DNA of 64,000 nucleotides from Malacoraja senta (GCA_038087875.1 CM075996.1:9054001-9118000); one strand, 5' to 3'; positions 1 through 12,929 are shown, counted from the stretch's first letter. Numbers and translations are program-made. Notes: generated by a model from the sequence alone, not told the origin.

Positions 1-91
1 CAGGAGCCGTCCAGCTCTGACACAAACAGGAAAGTTTGGTTATCTGAATTACCAGAACTCAATATCAAGTCCGGAGAGCAGCAACATGCAA

Positions 92-499
92 GATGCGGCA
101 CCTGGAGCTGACTCAAGAGTCTCCGCCCAGCGCGGCCTGTGGACTTCGGGAGCCGCGGACTCCGGTAGGAAGTGGCCGATTCGGAGCTCCAAGCCGCTGA
201 GGTTGTCCTCCCGTTCCGACGTCGGAGTTCCATCGTTCCCGGCGAGCGGGCCTGAACATCGGGCCACCCGTAGCAGCGACTGCGGAGGGCTCGGGTGAAC
301 ATCAAAGGACATCAGAGGAAGATGACTGAACTTTGGTGCCTTCCCTCACAATGGGGAACTTTGATTCTGCTGTGTGGGGATGCTTTATGTTGGAGTCTAT
401 CGTGTGTTGTGTTCTTTTGTATTCGTATGGCTGTATGGTGACCACACATTTCACTGTACCAACTGGTGCATATGACAATAAATGTATCTTGTATCTTGT
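92..499 (+). mobile_element. Non-autonomous retroelement with GC-rich body and Rex1/L2-like tail
   Basis: Tail atttcactgtacc...tgacaataaa plus a short tandem repeat. The block gatgactgaactt..tgccttccctcac recurs at ~10680-10915(-), ~12240-12480(-), ~29790-29960(+) and ~55910-56390(+). Confidence 0.6.
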
Positions 500-696
500 A
501 AGAGTGTTTTATTGTCATGTGTCCCAGTTAGAACAATGAAATTCTTACTTGCAGCAGCGCAGCAGAATATGTAAACATAGTACACTGTAAACCATATAAT
601 AAACAAGAAAAAAGTTCTGTGTGTGTGTGTGTGTATATATATACACATGCCCCACCCATACACACACATATATGTGTGTGTGTGTGCGTGTGTAGG

Positions 697-823
697 AAAG
701 AACTGCAGATGCTGGTTTGAATCGAAGGTAGACACCAAATGCTGGAGTAACTCAGCGGGACAGGCAGCATCTCTGCAGAGAAGGAATAGGTGACGTTTCG
801 GGTCAAGACCCTTCTTCAGACTG
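697..823 (-). mobile_element. Penelope-like element terminal fragment (representative of dozens of copies)
   Basis: gaactgcagatgctgg...gctggagtaactcagcggg...acgtttcgggtcaagacccttcttcagactg is the same sequence that forms the 3' end of the GIY-YIG-coding copy at 42861-43822. Confidence 0.8.
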
Positions 824-2089
824 ATATATGTATGTATGTGAGCTTCACCACAACAGTGTATGGGCTCCCGGCACAGTGGGATGGAGAATTAAGGAGACAG
901 GCAACCAGAAGCTCAAGGTCACTCCTGTACACTAGAAATGGAGAAAAAAAGACAAAGGACCTCGAGCAAACCCACGAGATGGCAGCTGCTGCAATGTTGA
1001 GCATAAACCAAAGTGTTGGTGGAACACAGAGGGTCAGTCAGCATCTGTGGAGGGAAGGACAGAATCTCTCTGGTTAAAATTAAATCCAAGGGTATAATCA
1101 TGTGACTAGGTCCATACGGTTGGCCACCAAATTGTGACAGAGAGATGGAGAAATGAATATGCAGAAGGAAAGGAAACTGAAGTCTATTCAGTCACGTGCT
1201 GCGTAGTGAGAGATTTTATACCCTCTCAAGGATTCTTTCCTCGATTGTCACTTTAATTGATGATCAGAAGGTATTTAATACACACTCACGAGCTCTCCAC
1301 AGAGACATTCAATGCCGTCGACAGATAAATCTTCCAAAAACACTCTTGATTAATAGTTTCTTTCTTGTAGATGCAGTAAAAACAGTAAGATAATTCATAA
1401 AAGCTTCTTCTTGTATAAGTACATTACAATCATACTCGTGGTCCTGCTCGTACATGGTCAAAAACGATGGTCTCTTCCCCGATCTAAACTAAACTCCTTG
1501 GGAGTCTGCGCGAGAATCCCAGCCGCAAACCACGCCTTGGACTTCGTATGAATCCCACCCACATAATTACAGGCCGATGATATTTAAAGTCTGAAGAAGG
1601 GTTTCAGCCTGAAACGTTGCCTATTTCCTTCGCTCCATAGATGCTGCTGCACCCGCTGAGTTTCTCCAGCACTTTTGTCTACCTAAAATTTAAAGATAAC
1701 TGGTTCTAGTTATAAGATACTGAGTTAAGCCAAATGGCTACCACATGCTGGTTCAGCCATTCAGTAAGACCACAGCTGATCTCTTACCTCACACAACTTA
1801 CTTGCAGTCATTCCATATTCTATGAAACATTTTACAGAGTTGGGTGACAGCTGTAGGGGAGTTGTTGAAGAGCAAAGAAAGGGATGAAACGAGACCTGGC
1901 TGGACCTTTGATTCATTTATTTCTCCTGTCGCCATCTGCTGGTTTATTAAAGTACTTGACAACCTCGGTCTACACCAGATTTCCATCCCTCTTCCTCGCT
2001 GACTCAGTTCTGAGGAAGGGTTCTTAACCTAATACAACAACTTTCTTTCTCTCTTGGCATCCCAAGGGCATTCCACCATCTACAAAGGA

Positions 2090-2620
2090 CATCTGAGGAA
2101 GGACATTATTGCCATAGAGGGAGTGCAGAGAAGGTTCACCAGACTGATTCCTGGGATGTCAGGACTGTCTTATGAAGAAAGACTGGATAGACTTGGTTTA
2201 TACTCTCTAGAATTTAGGAGATTGAGAGGGGATCTTATAGAAACTTACAAAATTCTTAAGGGGTTGGACAGGCTAGATGCAGGACGATTGCTCCCGATGT
2301 TGGGGAAGTCCAGGACAAGGGGTCACAGCTTAAGGATAAGGGGGAAATCCTTTAAAACCGAGATGAGAAGAACTTTTTTCACACAGAGAGTGGTGAATCT
2401 CTGGAACTCTCTGCCACAGAGGGTAGTCGAGGCCAGTTCATTGGCTATATTTAAGAGGGAGCTAGATGTGGCCCTTGTGGCTAAAGGGATCAGAGGGTAT
2501 GGAGAGAAGGCAGGTACGGGATACTGAGTTGGATGATCAGCCATGATCATATTGAATGGCGGTGCAGGCTCGAAGGGCCGAATGGCCTACTCCTGCACCT
2601 AATTTCTATGTTTCTATGTT
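2090..2620 (+). mobile_element. CR1/HER1 LINE, 5'-truncated
   Basis: ORF2 C-terminus (VQRRFTRLIPG...[14 protein letters not shown]...RTRGHSL...FFTQRVVNLWNSLP), 3'UTR and (tttctatg)n tail. Confidence 0.93.
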
Positions 2621-3144
2621 TACAAGCCTAAGGTAGACAAAAATGCTGGAGGAACTCAGCGGGCGAGGCAGCATCTATGGAGCGAAGGAAATAGGCAACG
2701 TTTCGGGTCGAGACCCTTCTTCAAGCCTAAAGTCAGTACGTGGGGAAATGCTCTTCATTTGCCTGGGATGAGTGCAGCTCCAACAATTCTCAAGTGGCTT
2801 AATATTATCCCGGACAAAACATACTTAATAGGCGGTAGACACAAAATGCTGGAGTAACTCAGCGGGTGAGGCAGCATCCATGGAAAGAAGGAATGGGCGA
2901 CGTTTCGGGTCGAAAGTCCTGTTCCCACGCTGTATTTCTAAACTTCAAGTCCGAGACCCTTTATCAGAAAGGGAAAAAGAGAAAACTAATTTATTATTTT
3001 AGTAATAAAACAGAACAGGCAGGTTTCCAGTATTTTCTGTTTATATTTCATTTTCCAACTTTATATCTTTCAATTTTAGAATTCCAGCATTCATCTTACT
3101 CTCCCATTCATCATAATTCTGGAGAAACCGCTCAACAGCACTAA

Positions 3145-3383
3145 AGGGCCTGTCCCACTTTCACCACCTAATTCACGACCTTTTTCACTCGTGGACATTT
3201 TTCATCAGGCTAGAAAAAGGCCCCGACCTACTTGATGCCACGAGTACCTACGAGTAGTATCACGGCCTGCTTTGACCTACCTACGACCTCCTCTATGACC
3301 TCGTGACGACCATGCTGCGAGTACGAGTCAAGGGCAAACTCGGCAGAGGTCATGAATTAGGTCGTGAAAGTGGGACAGGCCCT
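3145..3383. mobile_element. PIF/Harbinger-type MITE
   Basis: TIR AGGGCCTGTCCCACTTTCAC / GTGAAAGTGGGACAGGCCCT with TAA on both sides (3142-3144, 3384-3386). Confidence 0.85.
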
Positions 3384-3623
3384 TAAGGTAGCACCTTCAT
3401 TACATCAGACTGCACCAACTCAAAAAGTTATCTCACTGTCACCCTTCAAATAGCAACCAGGGACAGGCATTAAATGCTGGTCTTGCTGGTGATACTCAGC
3501 TCGCACCAATAAATCGTGGAAATGTTACTGGCACCAGGGGATAGACAGCCTGATCCTCATTCCATGATCCTAATCCTCTGCCCAGGTCTCTCCAACTCCA
3601 CACCCATTCTCCTACTATTAAGG

Positions 3624-4628
3624 CAAGGGCTGCCAACCTGGGGTAAACTTACCCCCGTGGGGTAAATTTTGCCTACCCAGGGGGTAAATTTGTTGATTCT
3701 GGATTTGTACATATTTTTTCTCATTGACTGACTGTGCTTGGTTCTGGTATACTGGTATCCGTTCATCATTAGTTGCTCTAAATACTATCTAAATGGCGTC
3801 AAGTTGGGAAAAGGGGATGTACAACGGGATCTGGGGGTCCTTGTACATCAGTCTATGAAAGTAAGCATGCAGGTACAGCAGGCAGTGAAGAAAGCGAATG
3901 GCATGTTGGCCTTTATAACAAGAGGAATCGAATATAGGAGCAAAGAGGCCCTTCTGCGGTTGTACAGGGCCCTAGTGAGACCACACCTGGAGTATTGTGT
4001 GCAGTTTTCATCTCCTAATATGAGGAAGGACATTCTTGCTATTGAGGGAGTGCAGAGTAGGTTTACAAGGTTAATTCCCGGGATGGCGGGACTGTCATAT
4101 GCTGAGAGAATGGAGCAGCTGGGCTTGTACACTCTGGAGTTTAGAAGGATAAGAGGATATCTCATTGAAACGTATAAGATTGTTAAGGGCTTGGACACGC
4201 TAGAGGCAGGAAACATGTTCCCGATGTTGGGGGAGTCCAGAACCAGGGGCCACAGTTTAAGAATAAGGAGTATGCCATTTAGAACGGAGACCAGGAAACA
4301 CGTTTTCTCACAGAGAGTGGTGAGTCTGTGGAATTCTCTGCCTCAGAGGGCGGTGGAGGCAGGTTCTCTGAATGCTTTCAAGAGAGAGCTAGATAGGCTC
4401 TTAAAAATAGCAGAGTCAGGGGATATGGGGAGAAGGCAGGAACGGGGTACTGATTGGGGATGATCAGACATGATCACATTGAATGGCGGTGCTGGCTCGA
4501 AGGGCCGAATGGCCTACTCCTGCACCTATTGTCTATTGTCTATTGTCTCATAAATAAGTGAAATAACATTGTTATGTGCTATTAAAGTTGCCAGGGGTAA
4601 ACGGGACGAAAAAGGTTGGGAACCCCTG
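3624..4628. mobile_element. Non-autonomous hAT (Charlie-like) element interrupted by a CR1
   Basis: Ends CAAGGGCTGCCAACCT / AGGTTGGGAACCCCTG, 8-bp TSD tattaagg/tattcagg, and subterminal GGGGTAAA repeats. Confidence 0.75.
3780..4547 (+). mobile_element. CR1 LINE, 5'-truncated, nested in the hAT element
   Basis: RDLGVLV...[16 protein letters not shown]...LWNSLPQ and a (tattgtc)n tail. Confidence 0.93.
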
Positions 4629-6161
4629 TATTCAGGCTATCCCCAAAAGCCGCCTCTTTAAACAAGAATAAGGTCATCTGGTTAAGAAGGAACTGCAGAT
4701 GCTGGAAAATCGAAGGTGGACAAAAATGCTGGAGAAACTCAGCGGGCGAGGCAGCATCTATGGAGCGAAGGGAATAGGCAACGTTTCGGGTCGAAACCTG
4801 AATTCTGAAAATGAAGCCTATTTCCTTCGCTCCATAGATGCTGCCTCACCTGCTGAGTTTCTCCAGCATTTTTGTCTACCATAAGGTCATCTGGCTTTAT
4901 ATCTCCTTACACAAATTTAATAAACTGCCTAATCTGGTGAAAATGTTGAACGTTTTGTCATCCTATCATTATTTATAGACTTTTCCTGACAATAGATGTG
5001 AGACTTACAGTGGTCTATGATTCCCTTCTCTTCCTCCCTCCTTTGTTAGGTCGATGTGTAATACTCTAATCCAAGGGCACAGTTACAAAATGATACAAAA
5101 CTCACAATATACAAGACAAAGATTCTGAAAGGCAGACTAAGTCATAAGTGCGTTGGAGACTGGGCAGAAGATGTTGCTCTCAAATACTGTCCAACACGGG
5201 AGGCAGGAGAGACAGCCTATAAATAGTACAGTGGAAAGGAATGTAATAATGGTGTTTTGTTGGAACACGGCCCCTACAATTGTAGTCTGTTATTTAACTG
5301 TGGCATTTTTTGACAGGGTGAATCAGAGTGTCAGGGATTCTGCCAATTTGTGTGTGGCTGTCAGGGTGGCTGTGTTGACTGTGTAATTATGAGACTGCCG
5401 GGCAGTATCACTGTGAATGGCGGTGGCTGTGTGTTTTAATACAAGTGTGAAAAGGAGAGTAAATTTAAAGAGAGAATGTGAGAACCATCAGGGTTTCATC
5501 CAGGAACCAATTTCAAGGCAAGGTTCCATCAATTACAGTATTTTAATTGAAGAATCTTACGCTTAATTTTCTTCCTAATTAGGCTTTTTGTGTTCCCTCT
5601 TGAACCTTGCGTCTCCCAGAGCCTCTGGGAAGGTACTGGAGATACAATAATCCAATCTTGAGGCAAATCACCTTCTTTAAAACCGGCATTGCCTCTGCCT
5701 TTAATTCTACATTCTCCGAGGATGCTGGATGCCACGACAATCTCGTGCTTTAAGTACAGAAAGGCAGTCGACTGCAAAAAGATCAAAGAGAGGAAAGAGT
5801 ATGGAAGGGAAAGGCTTTTCAAATGGCAGTTGTACTATGAATGGTGAACTCCTCTTGGTCTCCAGACCTATAGTGCTGCCTCCGATTGGCTGCACAAATC
5901 ACTGCACCACATGCATTTATTTATTCCCTTTTCACATGGTTCGTGCAGCTGGATATTAACTTGCCGACATGGAAAGAGATGCAGTTAGCATTTAATAGTT
6001 CACACTTCTGGGTGAATTAAGGGGCTGCTGGACGGGCTGAGGGTAAGCGAGATTGGCTATTTGTCGTACTTTTGGAAGAACTGATGGGAGCTCTTATGGA
6101 AAAGCTGATGAATTGTCTACGGGATGAGCTGGTGGGCTCGGGGATTGCTGGATGAGTGTTC

Positions 6162-6560
6162 TAGAAACATAGAAACATAGAAAATAGGTGCAGGAGGAGG
6201 CCATTCGGCCCTTCGAGCCAGCACCGCCATTCATTGTGATCATGGCTGATCGTCTCCAATCAATAGCCCGTGCCTGCCTTCTCCCCATATCCCTTGATTC
6301 CACTAGCCCCTAGAGCTCTATCTAACTCTCACTTAAATCCATCCAGTGACTTGGCCTCCACAGCCCTCTGTGGCAGGGAATTCCACAAATTCACAACTCT
6401 CTGGGTGAAAAAGTGTTTTCTCACCTCAGTCTTAAATGGCCTTCCCTTTGTTCTAAGACTGTGGCCCCTGGTTCTGGACTCGCCCAACATTGGGAACATT
6501 TTTCCTGCATGTACCTGGTCCAGTCCTTTTATAATTTTATATGTTTCCATAAGACTCCCT
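6162..6560 (-). mobile_element. CR1 LINE 3' fragment
   Basis: ETYKIIKGLD...RTRGHSL...LWNSLPQ on the minus strand with a gaaacata tail. Confidence 0.9.
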
Positions 6561-7356
6561 CGCATCTAACAAGAGTGTTTTATTGTCATATGTTCCAGTT
6601 AGAACAATGAAATTCTTACTTGCAGCAGCACAACAGAATGTGTAAACATAGTACACTGTAAACAATGTCATAAGATCACCCCTCATCCTTCTAAACTCCA
6701 GTGAATCAAAGCCTAGTCTTTTCAATCTTTCCTCATATGACAGTACTGTTAGGTTATTTGATGATCAGGACTAGGTTCAGAGGGGTATGGGCTAAATGCA
6801 GGCATGTGGGACTCGTGTAGGTGGGACATGTTGGCCAGCGTGGGCAAGTTGAGCTGAAGTTGTGCTTCCACGCTGTGAGACCATGACTAGGTGATCTGTT
6901 GAGGCTGGTGGTATGCCATGAGGAACAATGGGCATGGACCTTTGTAAACCAGCACCTGCACTCCTTGAGTCTCCATCGGCATTGATAACATCAGTCAAGG
7001 GTTGATGAGCTGCAAAAAACAAGTTGGTCTCATTTTTGTTCTCCCATGCGATACAGGCAGCAGCTCTGAACTGCCTGTGTTTGCCCTCTTGGTTGTCTTG
7101 TCAAATTACACTGGAGATTAGAGTCACTCCTGAAACAAACAGTGCCTTGTGATCCACAGGGGAACAAAATAAATCTAAATGCAGAACAATGGATGGTTTA
7201 AATCAAAGAAAATGATACAAAGAGGCCATTCGAGCCATACCGATCTAGGAAACTGAGAGCAGATTTGACAATGCATTCAAACCTCTCCCATTTTTATGAG
7301 ATGCATTCCTGGAATATGTCGGAAGTTTATTGTAACCTAGTGCCCTAGTGGATTAA

Positions 7357-7615
7357 GGGCGGCATGGTGGTGCAGCGGTAAAGTTGCTGCCTTACAGTGG
7401 GTGCTGTCTGTACGGAGTTTGTATCTTCTCCCCGTGACCGAATGGGTTTTCTCCGAGATCTTCGGTTTCCTCCCACACTCCAAAGACGTACAGGTTTGTA
7501 GGCTTGGTATAAGTGTAAATTGTCCCAAGTGTGTGTAGGATGGTGTTAGTGTGCGGGGATCGCTGGTCGGTGCGGACTCGGTGGGCCGAAGGGCCTGTTT
7601 CCGCGCTGTGTCTCT
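7357..7615 (+). mobile_element. HE1-like tRNA-derived V-SINE
   Basis: Head gggcggcatggtggtgcagcggta, V-domain ttctccccgtgacc...ggtttcctcccaca, and CR1-like tail gggccgaagggcctgtttcc. Further copies at ~12625-12898, 20775-21087(-), 30227-30840, 31530-31850(-), 32825-32990(-), 34250-34553(-), 36040-36320(-), 39460-39727(-), 46788-47293(-), 54660-55080(-) and 57266-57539. Confidence 0.85.
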
Positions 7616-7879
7616 GTTACAAATAGGAGCAAGGATAAGCCATCGAGGCCATCAGGTTCACACCACCATCAGTAAGATTATTGTTGATCCTACACCTCAA
7701 CACCTTATTCCCACATTCTCTCCATCATCCTTCATCCTTTCTGTATTTGAAGAATATCTCTCCCTTCAAGGACTCGACTTCCACCATCTCACGTGATCAA
7801 GAATTCAAAAGGTTCCCACCCCTTGAGTGAAGAAACTACTCCTTGGCTCATTACTAAATATCATGACCCATATTCTAGA

Positions 7880-8827
7880 GGTGTAGTGGGGCCCAGGTGT
7901 AGTGGGGCCAGGTGTAGTGAGGCCAGGTGTAGTGGGGCCAGGTGTAGTGGGGCCAGGTGTAGTGAGGCCAGGTGTAGTGGGGCCAGGTGTAGTGGGGCCA
8001 GGTGTAGTGAGGCCAGGTGTAGTGGGGCCAGGTGTAGTGGGGCCCAGGTGTAGTGGGGCCAGGTGTAGTGAGGCCAGGTGTAGTGGGGCCAGGTGTAGTG
8101 GGGCCCAGGTGTAGTGGGGCCAGGTGTAGTGGGGCCAGGTGTAGTGGGGCCAGGTGTAGTGGGGCCAGGTGTAGTGGGGCCAGGTGTAGTGGGGCCAGGT
8201 GTAGTGGGGCCAGGTGTAGTGGGGCCAGGTGTAGTGGGGCCAGGTGTAGTGGGGCCAGGTGTAGTGGGGCCAGGTGTAGTGGGCCCAGGTGTAGTGGGGC
8301 CAGGTGTAGTGGGCCCAGGTGTAGTGGGGCCAGGTGTAGTGGGCCCAGGTGTAGTGGGGCCCAGGTGTAGTGGGGCCAGGTGTAGTGGGGCCAGGTGTAG
8401 TGGGGCCCAGGTGTAGTGGGGCCAGGTGTAGTGGGGCCAGGTGTAGTGGGGCCAGGTGTAGTGGGGCCCAGGTGTAGTGGGCCCAGGTGTAGTGGGGCCA
8501 GGTGTAGTGGGGCCAGGTGTAGTGGGGCCAGGTGTAGTGGGCCCAGGTGTAGTGGGGCCAGGTGTAGTGGGGCCAGGTGTAGTGGGGCCAGGTGTAGTGG
8601 GGGCAGGTGTAGTGGGGGCAGGTGTAGTGGGCCCAGGTGTAGTGGGCCCAGGTGTAGTGGGGCCAGGTGTAGTGGGGCCAGGTGTAGTGGGCCCAGGTGT
8701 AGTGGGCCCAGGTGTAGTGGGCCCAGGTGTAGTGGGCCCAGGTGTAGTGGGGCCAGGTGTAGTGGGGCCAGGTGTAGTGGGCCCAGGTGTAGTGGGGCCA
8801 GGTGTAGTGGGCCCAGGTGTAGTGGGG
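7880..8827. repeat. 15-bp G-rich minisatellite (GGTGTAGTGGGGCCA)n, ~63 copies
   Basis: Tandem array read directly, with variants GAGGCCA, GGGCCCA, GGGGGCA and 16-bp units. It explains the PTTPG/GARCS/VVGPG ORFs. Confidence 0.98.
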
Positions 8828-9479
8828 TCTAGATCACCAGACCAGACGCAATCTCCACCCACGAGTCCAATCTAAACAGAGATAGACATAAAATGCTGGA
8901 GTAACTCAGTGGGTCAGGCAGCATCTCTGGAGAAATGGAATAGGTGACGTTGCAGGTCGGAAGCCTTCTTCAGACTGCGTTCCGACACGAAACATCGCCT
9001 ATTCCTTTTCTCCAGAGATGCTGCCTGACCTGCTGAGTTACTCCAGCGTTTTGTGTCTATCTTCGGTACAAACCAGCCTCAGCAGTCCCTTCCTACTCGT
9101 CCAATCTTACTAGACCTGTCAGAATGTTGTGTTTTGTTTTTCTCGACTCGAGTGAGTAGAGGCTGAATTGACGAAATTCCCTCCATGTGGAGGTCCTGCT
9201 GTTGTAGAGATCATTCTGGTGAGTCTGGCAGTCCCATTGTACTCAGGTTCAAGGCCAGAACTGTCAATGTAGGAAACTAAACATGAAGGTCGTGGTAAAC
9301 TGCACAATCGCACAAGATGATTCTCCTGCAGGTTTCAGTGGAACAGAACTGTACATTTGCTCAAAACAGCAACAAGTTATCGCAGTGGCCAGCCCCTAGC
9401 GGTATAGATGTGATCTCAGGACGAGGCATTCTTGGTGGCTGAGAGAAGTTGGAAAGGAGATGAATTCAGGTCCTCCCCC

Positions 9480-9870
9480 AACTCATCACATTCCCTTTAC
9501 CCAGGCAAAGGCATTCCCTATCCCTGCCGTACACCTCCCACAGTCGTCCCACTCCTCCACCAGTCCCCCTCCCCCCCACACGTCTGGCATCCCCCCCTAC
9601 GCCAACTTACCCCATTCTCCATCCTCCCCCCCCCACTCGTCTCATTCCGCAACACCCACTCCACTCACTCCCCCACCCCCTTCCTCCCATCTCCCTACCC
9701 CACTCACTCCATTCCCTATTCATTCCACCCCCACCTACCCCTCTCCCACATCCCCTTCCCACTCCTCCCCCCATCTCCCTACCCCACTCGCCCCCAAACC
9801 CTCCCCTCATCCCCCGACCCATTCTCCCCATTCCACCAACCCCCCTATCCCAACCTCCCTCCCTTTCCTC
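9480..9870. repeat. C-rich low-complexity tract
   Basis: C/T/A-rich and nearly G-free. Similar tracts at 28375-28660, 41760-41940 and 50910-51480. Confidence 0.85.
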
Positions 9871-10304
9871 TATATTCTGTACTCTGACATCTTTCTCTGC
9901 ACTCTGCCTGTTGTACTTCAGTTTGGATTGATTCCATTCATATTTAGTATTATCCATTGGATGGCAGGCTAACAAATGTACCTCAGTGCACGTGGCAATA
10001 ATAAAATTAAACATTCCCCCGACCCCCTTTCTCCCCACTTGCTCCTCCCTTTCCCACTTCCCCACTCCTGAGGCTCTCCCCACATCCCACACACGAGCCC
10101 ATCCTCCCAAGCTTTCCCATCCATCACTTTGTCATTCCCCGATTCACCGCTGTTCTTCGCCCACCTCCCGCACTTACACTGAAACCCGTCCACATTCAAC
10201 TTTCTCTATTCCTGATGGACCAAGGCTGCTGGGAACAGATTCAAAGGCAGGAGGTCCATCATTCCCAACAAGGTGGAGGAGAAGGGCCTGGTTGAGTCAC
10301 AGGT

Positions 10305-10653
10305 AATAATAATAATAATGGATGGGATTTATATAGCGCCTTTCTAATACTCAAGGCGCTTTACATCGCATTATTCATTCACTCCTCAGTCACACTCGGT
10401 GGTGGTGAGCTACTTCTGTAGCCACAGCTGCCCTGGGGCAGACTGACGGAAGCGTGGCTGCTAATCTGCGCCTACGGCCCCTCCGACCACCACCAATCAC
10501 TCACACACATTCCCACACATTCACACGCAGGCAGAGGTGGGTGAAGTGTCTTGCCCAAGGACACAACGACAGTATGCACTCCAAGCAGGATTCGAACCGG
10601 CTACCTTCCGGTTGCCAGCCAAACACTTAGCCCATTGCGCCATCTGTCGTCCC
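10305..10653 (-). mobile_element. tRNA-derived CORE-SINE with L2-type tail (AFC-like)
   Basis: Minus strand: A box TGGCGCAATGG (10632-10642), B box GGTTCGAATCC (10588-10598), CORE gtgtccttgggcaagacacttcac, and tail gtaaagcgccttgag...gcgctatataaatcc followed by (att)n. Confidence 0.85.
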
Positions 10654-12929
10654 CAGTTATAAGTAGTAAGTTATAAGTTACAAGTTACATTTACTGTCAC
10701 ATACACCAATTGGTGCAGGGAAATTTGAGTTACCATGCAGCCACACAAATAAAATAAAATGAACACAACGCTATAGAATTTAATATGAACATCCCCCACA
10801 GCGGAATCAACATTCCCCACTGTGAGGGAAGGCAATAAAGTTCAGTCATCTTCCTCTTGTTCACCCGTGGTCGGGGCCTATTGAGCCCTCCGCAGTTGCC
10901 GCTACGGCAGCCCGATAATAAGAAGCAGTACATGGTGAATCTGATAAAATGCACTGGTACACCTCAAACCAAAAGATGCACCGATTGTGGATGATCAGCC
11001 ATGATCATATTGAATGGTGGTGCTGACTCGAAGGGCGAATGGCCAAGAGTGTATAGCAGTCAGAGTGGGGTTAGAATTGATAACGGCATATTTGCAGATA
11101 CCACGGTACCGTACAAGGACATACATACAAGGAATTTTATTGGCCAAGTATTCACATACAAGGAATTTGCCTTGGTGCTCCGCCCACAAGTAACAACATG
11201 ACATACAGTGACAGTCACGAATGACTCAGAAAACCCTAAACATTAATAATAATAAAACATTAATGATAAAACACCGTTGATCAAGCATGTGAACCAACAA
11301 AATACCAAATCAAAGGGAGGCTACAGATTTTTGGCTGTTGAGTAGAGCAACTACTCGTGGATAAAAACTGTACAAGGTTTCAAAGTAATAGCCAATATTG
11401 TTATTACCAAAGGAACAAGAACTCATACACTGAATACAAAGTACTGGAGGAAGTCAGCAGGTCAGGCAGTATCTGTGGAGGGAATGGGCCAATGTTTCAG
11501 GTTGGGAAGCTTCTTCAGAGTGGAGTTGGTAGAAGCTTAGCTGTACCGCACAAGCGGGCAGGCGTGTTAAGAATTGTATTATATTGTGGGAGAAATACCC
11601 ATTGAAGTTTGGATTCAGATGATTATTACAACTGCATCTACTTGTAGGATACCAGCACAGTAAAGGGTGACTAAACCCTTTGCATCTGGAAATGCAATCA
11701 AAAATACTTTGTAAACTGGAACAGAGGGAGCCAACAATAGAGAGGCTCACAAATGATTCAGAAACACATCGTGATATAGAACTCGTGGAAAGAATGCCCC
11801 GCGCAGTGAATCCTGAAAACAGCCATCATGTTGCTGTTATATTTGGCACAGTCGTGCAAAGAATCAGATGGAACTGTACTGAAAGGTCACGGTGCTGGAA
11901 ATGAACATTTTATCACGCAATCGTGTGCATTTTTCCAACACACAATTAACAACCTGTATTTTTCCGATTTTTTTTGCAGATTAGTGAAGAAATTCAGGGT
12001 GGAAATAAAATTAATTATTTGCTCCCAGAGAAGGATTTCCAGATTTGTGTAGGGCAGCACTTACCAGTAGGTACCACGAGCTTGGGAACCAGTTCCACGA
12101 GGAATGAAACTCAGAAAGTCTAGGGTGATGCAGGATTGCATAGTGTGACAGGGAAAGTGAGTTGGAGGGTCATAGGAGAAGATGAATAATTGAACCCTTC
12201 AGAGTCCATAAGTCGTATATCAAGGCAGCTGATCAATGACAATCAATCAATCAATCAGTTTTATTCGTCACTTGCACATAAAGTGCAAGTGAAATGAATT
12301 TGCCAGCAGCGGTACAATGATAAAGAACACACAAAATCACAATAAGAATTTAACATAAACATCCACCACAGTATTCATCACTGTGGTGGAAGGCACAAAA
12401 TTTGGCCAGTCCTCCTCCATTTCCCCCCGTGGTCGGGACCTCAACCCTCCGCAATCGCCGCTGTGGGCGTCCAGATGAGTAGACAGGTAAAAGTCCAGGT
12501 AAGTCCTGGACAAATGAGCATGAATGCTGACCGATCGTCCACACGCGAGTGCACATCACTGTCCCTTCAACAAAGATGTTCGCAATAGCTGCTTGCATTG
12601 TTAAACCAGAATGTAACATCTTTGGCAGGGTGGTGCAGTGGTAGAGTTGCTGCCTTTACAGCGCCAGAGACCTGGGTTCGATCCTGACTACAGTTGCTGT
12701 CTGTATGGAATTTGTACGTTCTCCCCGTGGGTTTTCTCTGGGAGCTTTGCTTTCCTCCCACATTCCAAAGACGCGTACGTTTGTAGGCTAATTGACTTGG
12801 TAAAATTGTAAATTGTCCCTAGTGTGTGCAGGACTGTGTTGGTATGCAGGGATTGCTGGTCGGTGCGGGCTCGGTGAACTGAGGTGCATGTCTCTAAACA
12901 AAAAACAATTTTGATGGAAAAAAGTGAAT

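Noticed and set aside
7357..7430. tRNA genes at SINE heads
   Set aside because: The A/B-box-like heads continue into SINE bodies and lack a cloverleaf.
7861..8875. Long PTTPG / VVGPG / GARCS repeat ORFs (mucin- or elastin-like)
   Set aside because: They are translations of a 15-bp minisatellite. The 16-bp units shift frame repeatedly and there is no unique coding context.
9385..9405. CTCF-like motif tggccagcccctagcggta
   Set aside because: One base short of the core spacing, so not supportable without data.
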